Source: Ignicoccus hospitalis KIN4/I (GTDB taxonomy: Archaea; Thermoproteota; Thermoprotei_A; Sulfolobales; Ignicoccaceae). From it: a DNA stretch of 32,000 bases. The stretch is taken from positions 180,001-212,000 of the forward strand of contig NC_009776.1 in NCBI RefSeq assembly GCF_000017945.1, given 5' to 3'. The notes beneath the pieces are model-generated. The model did not search any database, was not told where the DNA came from, and saw only the letters and a program-made list of their open reading frames with translations. Below are positions 25,911 to 32,000 of the stretch, in pieces (the first letter of the stretch is position 1; every line of letters starts with the position of its first letter). The translations under genes were made by a program, and so were the position numbers.

Positions 25911-26569
25911 CTCAGCGCGCTCTCGATCTCCTCCTCCCTCCCGACCGGGGCGAGTAAGATCAGGATGTACCCCGGCTCCAAAGTTAATTCCTCCTCGGGT
26001 TCCACGAACTGTTCGCCGTTGAAGACCGCTAATATCATCACGTCCTTTGGCAATATCTCTTTTATTTCGCTTATTTTCATGCCTACGCTGCTGTCTCCCG
26101 AAGTGATCTCTATTGAGTATATCCCGTACTTGCCGCTGAGGACCTTAGTCAGCTCCACTATCCCGTATTTACCCTCGATGTAGCTGAGCACGAGCTTGGC
26201 CGACACTATCGGCGATGGGAAAGTGACGTCCGCCAGACCTAACATCTCTATAAGCTCTGAGGCTTTGGCCGTCCTCGTGACGACCACTATGTTCCCTACC
26301 CCGTATTCCTTTGCTACTGCAGCTACGAACAAGTTTACTTCATCCCGGTCTGTGGAGGCTATGACTACGTCGAAGCTCCCCAGCTCGAGCTCTTCATAGA
26401 GGCTCGGGTCCGTGGCGTCCCTGTTGATCACCATGACGTCTGCCTCCCTCGCCAGCGCTTGACACTTCTCGCTGTTAACGTCAACCGCCACTACGTCGTA
26501 ACCTTTCAAGCTTAAGTCGGTGGCCACGCGGCGCCCCAACTCGCCTATCCCTACGACTAAGATTTTCAA
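25907..26569 (-). CDS. TrkA-type NAD-binding (RCK) regulator with TrkA_C domain
   Basis: MKILVVGIGELGRRVATDLSLKGYDVVAVDVNSEKCQAL...VMVINRDATDPSLYEELELGSFDVVIAST; ATGA overlap with the mscS-like gene. Confidence 0.9.
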   Translation of the reverse strand: MKILVVGIGELGRRVATDLSLKGYDVVAVDVNSEKCQALAREADVMVINRDATDPSLYEELELGSFDVVIASTDRDEVNLFVAAVAKEYGVGNIVVVTRTAKASELIEMLGLADVTFPSPIVSAKLVLSYIEGKYGIVELTKVLSGKYGIYSIEITSGDSSVGMKISEIKEILPKDVMILAVFNGEQFVEPEEELTLEPGYILILLAPVGREEEIESALR

Positions 26570-26575
26570 CTCCTA

Positions 26576-26938
26576 TCACCCCATTGCCACTTCTAAGGCT
26601 AACAGAGTTGCCCACGCGGTATACACGTAAGGGAGCATAGCCTTATCCGGCCGAGTTATCGAAATTATGGACATTATGAGGTAGCTCGTGATTACCAACG
26701 GTATCCAGTCGATCAAGTTCAACCTCAAGAGAGAGGTGAGGAATATTAAATGCGCTCCGGTGGCGTAGGCCAACGCGAACGGCCTCTCTTTCTTTACCTT
26801 GTCCCTTAGCGTTCTCCAGAACACCGTTGAGAGCGAATAGAGGAAGGCGTAGTTCAGCAACAACAGCTCGCCCCAGTCCGCCAAAACCCTTGCCCGCCGG
26901 GGCCCTCGCGTTGAACTAAATGAGCTTCCGCTGCACAC
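26576..26938 (-). CDS. small membrane hypothetical protein
   Basis: ORF with three or more hydrophobic segments, codirectional with trkA/mscS-like genes. Confidence 0.5.
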   Translation of the reverse strand: MCSGSSFSSTRGPRRARVLADWGELLLLNYAFLYSLSTVFWRTLRDKVKKERPFALAYATGAHLIFLTSLLRLNLIDWIPLVITSYLIMSIISITRPDKAMLPYVYTAWATLLALEVAMG

Positions 26939-27602
26939 CTATGGCTATCTTCGTCGGCTTTCCCCTGGCCGGGAGTGCCACGTTATAGATGGTCAACCTA
27001 CCCAAGTTGACGTAGGCCACCCTGCCGTAGTGGGCGTGGCCGTGGACGGCCAGCCTTACTCCCTCTTCCAACAACACCCTTTCGATCCTGGGGTCGCCCA
27101 AGTAAGGCCATATGCTCCTCTTCTCGCCCACCAACGTCTTCCACGTAGGAGCATAATGACTCAAGTAGATGACTGTGGGACACTCCTTCTTAGCCTCCCT
27201 TATTAACTTTCTAATGACTTCGGGCTTCTTAGAGTACTCCTCCTCTATGTTGGGCAAGTGCTTCCTCTGCCAAGAGGTGGGCCTCAACAGAGAGCCCCGG
27301 GAACCCACCACGCTAACGCACGGACCTCCCAAGTCCATCACCGCGTACTCGTCGTCCAGCCAGCGGACTTCCGGGTAGGCCTCCCTGAACTCCTCCTCCT
27401 TCTCCCTGTACTCCTCGTTCCCGAAGACCGATATGATGAAGTCCGATCTGGACTTGGCGAACTCCACAACTGGCCGCAAGTTCTCTACCCTAGACCTCTC
27501 CACCAAGTCGCCGGCCATCAGGGTTAGGCGGTAGCGACCGTCAGCTTTTAATAGATGGAGGTATTTAGGGGAATGGACGTCGGAAAACGCGAGCGCTAAC
27601 AA
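26916..27602 (-). CDS. metallophosphoesterase; TTG start at 27602 preferred over listed 27665
   Basis: LLALAFSDVHSP, VFGNEEY, CPTVIYLSHYAP, VHGHAHYGRVAYVNLGR. Confidence 0.85.
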   Translation of the reverse strand: MLALAFSDVHSPKYLHLLKADGRYRLTLMAGDLVERSRVENLRPVVEFAKSRSDFIISVFGNEEYREKEEEFREAYPEVRWLDDEYAVMDLGGPCVSVVGSRGSLLRPTSWQRKHLPNIEEEYSKKPEVIRKLIREAKKECPTVIYLSHYAPTWKTLVGEKRSIWPYLGDPRIERVLLEEGVRLAVHGHAHYGRVAYVNLGRLTIYNVALPARGKPTKIAIGVQRKLI

Positions 27603-28457
27603 GTGGTTCCCGGTCGATGTCTGTCGAAGAAGGGACTTAGGTGTGATCCCCCAACATTTGAACATCCTTCCAGAAGGTCGGAGAGGTGGTCGAAACTGAG
27701 CAGTAAGGGGAGGCGTAAGAAGAGCAGCAAGGTCAAGAGGAGGCAGTGGGACCCAGCTAAGTTCGCGGAGGACGCGGCCCCCTTGGTGGCCTCCGCCCTA
27801 GGTTTGGACTCCTTGGGCTTGAGCGAGGACGAATACGTAGAGCTCTTGAGAGATATAATAGTGGGCTTGGTTGGCGACAGGGTGACCAAGCCGAAGCCGG
27901 AGAACATAATTAAAAACATAAGGAGAAACGAAAGCAGGATAATGTCAATAATAGCGTTCAAATTGTTAGAGGTAGTTCCGGAGGGCAAGCTCACGCCCGA
28001 ACAGTACGAGTTCGTAGCGGCGAACATAGGGCCTTTGGTAATACCGGTGGCCCAGCGCTTGTACAAAGAGGCCAAGAGGCTCGGGCTGGACGTCACCCCC
28101 CTCCAAGGGGCTTGGGAGGAAGGCTGGAGGCTGCGGGGCGACCCGGGGCCGGTGGGCTACTGTCCGAACTGCGGTTTCAGAGCGGTGGCCCCGGACGGGA
28201 GCTGCATGGTCTGTGGGAAGGTGCTGGACGACAAGGAGCTGAAGGAGGCGGTGGAGTTCGACGCGAAGTTCGAGGAGTTCTTGGAGACTGCGTCGTGCAA
28301 CGAACTCAAGGAGGCCTTTAAGAGGGGGACCCTCTACGTCTCCCACGCCTCCACGTCCCTCGAGCCGCAGACGAAGTGGGACGTGGAGGTGTTTCTGAGC
28401 AAGAAGGAGAGGGAGGCGCTGAGGTCCGCTATCTCCCGGCGCTGTCAGCCCTCCTAA
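27603..28457 (+). CDS. hypothetical protein with central zinc ribbon; start uncertain
   Basis: YCPNCGFRAVAPDGSCMVCGKVL; K/R-rich N-terminus. Confidence 0.65.
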   Translation: MVPGRCLSKKGLRCDPPTFEHPSRRSERWSKLSSKGRRKKSSKVKRRQWDPAKFAEDAAPLVASALGLDSLGLSEDEYVELLRDIIVGLVGDRVTKPKPENIIKNIRRNESRIMSIIAFKLLEVVPEGKLTPEQYEFVAANIGPLVIPVAQRLYKEAKRLGLDVTPLQGAWEEGWRLRGDPGPVGYCPNCGFRAVAPDGSCMVCGKVLDDKELKEAVEFDAKFEEFLETASCNELKEAFKRGTLYVSHASTSLEPQTKWDVEVFLSKKEREALRSAISRRCQPS

Positions 28458-28863
28458 ACTTCTCCAACGCCCCTTCGTCCACCCTGCCCTTGAACACGGC
28501 GACCACGCGCACCACGTCAGAGCCCGTGCTCAACGATACCTCGTTCAAGTAGGCCCTCTGTTTGTCAAACCTCAAGTAAAGCTTGCTCCCCTCGGTCCTC
28601 AAGTCCATCTCACGCTTCAGTATCTGATACTCGAGCTCGTCCATCCTACTAATTATGTTCCTAAGCGCCTTTTGTGCCTTCTTGCCCTTAATCACCATCT
28701 TTACGTACGTAATGGGGTTGCCGTGGTGCCCCCTCGACCTAAGCGTCTCGACCTCGTCCACGTCCTCTTTATTAAGACCCAACAAGTTGAATACGGATTC
28801 CATGACCTTTTCGGGGTCTTCGGTCGCGTGTATTATAACGGTTACTTCTACCCTCTCTATCAT
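28429..28863 (-). CDS. COG1325/DUF54 predicted exosome-associated protein
   Basis: VEVTVIIHATEDPEKVMESVFNLL...SRGHHGNPITYVKMVIKGKKAQKALRNIISRM...LYLRFDKQRAYLNEVSL. Confidence 0.82.
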   Translation of the reverse strand: MIERVEVTVIIHATEDPEKVMESVFNLLGLNKEDVDEVETLRSRGHHGNPITYVKMVIKGKKAQKALRNIISRMDELEYQILKREMDLRTEGSKLYLRFDKQRAYLNEVSLSTGSDVVRVVAVFKGRVDEGALEKFRRADSAGR

Positions 28864-29297
28864 TTCAAGCCCGCCAAAATTAAGGCCGCGGCGCCTATAG
28901 GGCCTATCTCGCCCTCCAAGCCCTTAGGGTAAATTGCCTTCCCCTTAGAGGCCTCTAGCTTGCTGAGCCCGGGCTCGCTGGCGCCCACCACGACTAGGGT
29001 TACGCCCTCCGCCTCCACGCGCTCCACTTCCTCGCCGTACTCCCTTGAGACCGTGTACACCCTCTGGGGCTTCAGCAACTCCAACGCGTCGTCTATGTCT
29101 GGGAAGACGAAAAACGCCTTGTCCAGTTTGTACGCCAACTTGCTCACCTCTGGGACGCCTATCTGTGCCGCGGCGCCCGAGGGCTTCGTGACCACGAGTC
29201 CGCTCACGGGCTCCCCGAAACCGAAGGCGAGCTTGGCCAAGTCCTCTAAGCGTTGGACGCTCGTGGGCGCATGTGCGACGACGAATACCTTCTTCAA
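28860..29297 (-). CDS. DUF2122 / COG4080-like protein
   Basis: VFVVAHAPTSVQRLEDLAKLAFGFGEPVSGLVVTKPSGAAAQIGVPEVSKLAYKLDKAFFVFPDIDDALELLKP; ATGA overlap with the downstream gene. Confidence 0.62.
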   Translation of the reverse strand: MKKVFVVAHAPTSVQRLEDLAKLAFGFGEPVSGLVVTKPSGAAAQIGVPEVSKLAYKLDKAFFVFPDIDDALELLKPQRVYTVSREYGEEVERVEAEGVTLVVVGASEPGLSKLEASKGKAIYPKGLEGEIGPIGAAALILAGLK

Positions 29298-29326
29298 GGT
29301 TCTCTGGGCCGACCCCTCTAAGGGAC

Positions 29327-29953
29327 TTAAATCTTGATTGCGTCGCCGCCCTTTATAAGGTCTTCAACGAACTCCCCTAAATTGTTGTAGGTCTTAGCGT
29401 TTATTTTCTTGGAAATCTCCTTAGCCCTCTTCCCGACGACAACAGCTTCGTCGGCTCTCTCTAACATTTTAATATCGTTGTAGCCGTCACCCACGGCCAA
29501 AACGAAGTCGAACCATGGGCGCAGCTTATCCACGACCTCTCCCTTTTCTTTAAATACGGGTAACACGCCCACGATCACGCCGTTGTGATAGATAAGCTTT
29601 TGGGAGACGTAGTCGTCCACCCCTAGGGCGTGCGCCACCGGGGCCACGAACTCCTCGAAGCCTCCGGAAACTATCATCGTTACGTACTGCCTCTTCTTCA
29701 ACTCGGAAATCAAGGTTACGGCCTCCGGCCTTATCTTCCCTATAGCCCTCTTGGCCACGCTCTCCACTACTTCCTTCGGGGTCCCGAGGATGAGCCTCAC
29801 CCTGTCCAAGAAGCTCTCGTACCAGCCCGGCCCCCTCAACCCCTTCTCTAAGAGCAATTTGAGGCTCTGATCCCCCTTAACATCGGCCATCTCCTCCCAG
29901 AACTCAAAGTCTATCAATGTGCCCTCTAAGTCGAGGAGCGCCAGCTTCTTCAA
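29327..29953 (-). CDS. HAD-superfamily phosphatase (SerB-like)
   Basis: LALLDLEGTLIDFEFW, TMIVSGGFEEFVAPVAHALG, VLAVGDGYNDIKMLERAD. Confidence 0.88.
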   Translation of the reverse strand: MKKLALLDLEGTLIDFEFWEEMADVKGDQSLKLLLEKGLRGPGWYESFLDRVRLILGTPKEVVESVAKRAIGKIRPEAVTLISELKKRQYVTMIVSGGFEEFVAPVAHALGVDDYVSQKLIYHNGVIVGVLPVFKEKGEVVDKLRPWFDFVLAVGDGYNDIKMLERADEAVVVGKRAKEISKKINAKTYNNLGEFVEDLIKGGDAIKI

Positions 29954-30086
29954 TCGCGCGACCCGGAGGGGCTTCGGCGTTCCCGATTTACCTCTTTAGC
30001 TGCGCTTGTACTTCCTACCACCAATTCATAAAGCTACACTAGGTAGCTTATTATCCTCCTCCGCTCTCGCCCCGAACCCGGGTAAC

Positions 30087-32000
30087 ATGCCGCAAAGGTT
30101 TCGCCTCGCCCCTCGAGCGGACAAGATCATCAAAGAGATAAAGTTCGGAATACTCTCGCCGGACGAAATAAGGAAGATGGCCGTAGTGGCCGTCGTAACT
30201 GACCAAGCTTACGACGAGGCCGGCATGCCCGTGGAAGGGGGCATAATGGACCCCCGTATGGGGGTCACCAGCCCCGGCCAGAGGTGTCCCACTTGTGGTA
30301 ACACCCTTCACGACTGCCCCGGCCACTTCGGTTACATAGAGCTAGTGAAACCGGTAATACACTATGAGTTCGTGCCTCACATTTACGACGCCCTCCGCGC
30401 CACTTGCAGAGTCTGCGGCAGAGTGAAGCTCTCCGACGAGGAGATAGATAAATTCTTGCGGTTGTATGAGAAGTTGGAAAAGAAGTGGCCTTTACTGGCT
30501 AGGAGGGTAACTGCCTTCGTTAGGAAGAAGGCCGCGAAGGTGATGGAGTGCCCCCACTGCGGGGCGAAGCAGTACAAGATCAAGCTGGAGAAGCCCTACA
30601 ACTTCATTGAGGAGAGGATGCCCAGGCTCCACTACTTGAACCCGGAGGAGGTGAGGAGCAGGCTGGAAAACATACCCGACAAGGACGCTAAGGTACTCGG
30701 CTTCGACCCCAAAGAGGCCAGGCCGGAGTGGGCCGTACTTACCGTATTGCCCGTCCCCCCTGTCACTGTTAGGCCCTCGATTATCCTAGAAACCGGAATG
30801 AGGTCGGAGGACGACCTAACACACAAGCTAGCAGACATAGTTAGGACAAACAACAAGTTGAGGGAGAACATCGAAAGCGGCGCTTCGGAGGCAATGATAG
30901 AGAACTTGTGGGGCTTGCTCCAGTACCACGTGGCTACGTTCTTCGATAACGAGATCCCCGGCATCCCGCCCGCCAGGCACAGGTCGGGCAAGCCCTTGAG
31001 GACCTTGGCCCAGAGGCTCAAGGGCAAGGAAGGTAGGTTCCGTTCCAACCTCTCCGGTAAGAGGGTCGACTTCTCGGCTAGGACCGTCATCAGCCCCGAC
31101 CCTAACATATCGATAAACGAGGTAGGAGTCCCCATAGAGGTGGCCAAGACCCTCACGGTCCCGGTTAAGGTAACTCCTTGGAATATCGAAGAGATGAGGA
31201 AGTTGGTCATTAACGGCCCGGACAAGTGGCCCGGCGCCAACTACGTCATCATGAAGGACGGGCGCAGGATAGACTTGAGGTACGCCAAGGACCGCAAGAT
31301 AATTGCAGAGAGCTTGCAGCCCGGCTGGACCGTCGAGAGGCACTTGCAAGACGGGGACGTGGTGCTGTTCAACCGGCAGCCGTCCTTGCACAGGATGAGC
31401 ATAATGGCCCACTTAGTTAGGGTGCTGCCGGGCAAGACCTTCCGCCTCTGCCCGCTCGTCTGTCCCCCCTACAACGCCGACTTCGACGGCGACGAGATGA
31501 ACTTGCACGTGCCCCAGAGCGAGGAGGCGAGGGCTGAAGCGCTGGAGCTCATGCTGGTCGAGAAGCACATACTGAGCCCCAGGTACGGCGGCCCGATAAT
31601 CGGGGGCCTCCAAGATTACATCTCCGGCGCCTACTTGCTAACCACAGTCGCGACCTTGTTGGACAGGAGCGACGTGCAAGAGCTCCTAGGGGTTACGGGC
31701 TACGAGGGCGAGCTCCCGGAGCCCGCGATCTTGAGCCCCAAGACGGTGTGGACCGGGAAGCAGTTGTTCTCCGTGTTCTTGCCTAAGGACTTCAACTACT
31801 CCGGAAAGGCGAACATATCCACCGGCGAGCTCAAGTGCGACGACGAGTACTGCTTCTACGACTCCTTCGTGGTCGTCAGGGACGGAGAGCTGGTTGAAGG
31901 GGTGTTGGACAAGAAGTCCATAGGCCACGAGCAGCCTAAGAGCCTAATGCACTGGATAGTCTACGAGTACGGCCCGGAGAAGGGCAGGGAGATATACGAC
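30087..32000 (+). CDS. rpoA1: DNA-directed RNA polymerase subunit A' (partial, runs off window; missing from the supplied ORF track)
   Basis: my translation from ATG 30087: [34 protein letters not shown]...[25 protein letters not shown]; catalytic [13 protein letters not shown]; 638 open codons to the window edge. Confidence 0.97.
   Translation, partial: MPQRFRLAPRADKIIKEIKFGILSPDEIRKMAVVAVVTDQAYDEAGMPVEGGIMDPRMGVTSPGQRCPTCGNTLHDCPGHFGYIELVKPVIHYEFVPHIYDALRATCRVCGRVKLSDEEIDKFLRLYEKLEKKWPLLARRVTAFVRKKAAKVMECPHCGAKQYKIKLEKPYNFIEERMPRLHYLNPEEVRSRLENIPDKDAKVLGFDPKEARPEWAVLTVLPVPPVTVRPSIILETGMRSEDDLTHKLADIVRTNNKLRENIESGASEAMIENLWGLLQYHVATFFDNEIPGIPPARHRSGKPLRTLAQRLKGKEGRFRSNLSGKRVDFSARTVISPDPNISINEVGVPIEVAKTLTVPVKVTPWNIEEMRKLVINGPDKWPGANYVIMKDGRRIDLRYAKDRKIIAESLQPGWTVERHLQDGDVVLFNRQPSLHRMSIMAHLVRVLPGKTFRLCPLVCPPYNADFDGDEMNLHVPQSEEARAEALELMLVEKHILSPRYGGPIIGGLQDYISGAYLLTTVATLLDRSDVQELLGVTGYEGELPEPAILSPKTVWTGKQLFSVFLPKDFNYSGKANISTGELKCDDEYCFYDSFVVVRDGELVEGVLDKKSIGHEQPKSLMHWIVYEYGPEKGREIYD

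Noticed and set aside
27430-27445. Perfect ATGATGA on the plus strand within the metallophosphoesterase gene
   Set aside because: No neighbouring CTGA boxes with suitable spacing; coding sequence on the other strand explains it.
29954-30086. tRNA-like GC stems (CCCGAACCCGGG) upstream of rpoA'
   Set aside because: No TTCRANY T-loop, no acceptor pairing and no cloverleaf could be built; not a tRNA.
30051-30326. Minus-strand 91-aa ORF
   Set aside because: Antisense over the 5' end of rpoA', whose N-terminal Zn-finger motif is unambiguous.
30632-31412. Long minus-strand ORFs (202 and 194 aa)
   Set aside because: Antisense to the conserved rpoA' coding frame; typical shadow ORFs in GC-rich sequence.
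1-32000. CRISPR arrays, IS elements, defence islands, rRNA and tRNA genes
   Set aside because: No periodic direct repeats, transposase or Cas motifs, rRNA signatures or tRNA T-arm consensus were found by eye; degenerate or intron-containing tRNAs would need tRNAscan-SE to exclude.

Overview
This 32 kb window is compact, GC-rich archaeal chromosome. The gene content (Rrp4/Rrp41/Rrp42 exosome operon, TFE-beta-like protein, L7Ae, archaeal ValRS, RpoA', GTG/TTG starts, many ATGA/GTGA overlaps) fits a hyperthermophilic crenarchaeon; the exact organism is not established from the sequence. It is mostly housekeeping genes. I see no CRISPR array, transposon, rRNA, recognisable tRNA or defence island. 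The strongest undescribed element is a probable C/D box guide sRNA in the 56-nt gap between the mscS-like gene and the next ORF (minus strand, about 25089-25147). It has box C ACGATGA, D' CTGA, C' GTGATGA (perfect) and a degenerate D (GTGA). Its D' guide carries 10 nt of perfect complementarity to the conserved archaeal/eukaryotic large-subunit rRNA segment AGACCGUCGU, in the exact D'+5 register for 2'-O-methylation of C2590 (E. coli numbering). Other points of interest are: a MoxR/transglutaminase operon without DUF58; an AmmeMemoRadiSam-like protein with no radical-SAM cysteine cluster; a secreted dockerin-bearing protein; a pilin-like cysteine-containing protein; a Trp/Gly-rich miniprotein; a minimal Ogt; an orphan HerA-like ATPase with a Cys-rich N-terminus; an rpoA' gene separated from rpoB; and several structured intergenic leaders with mutually exclusive pairings. 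All calls were made by reading; no database or folding tool was run.
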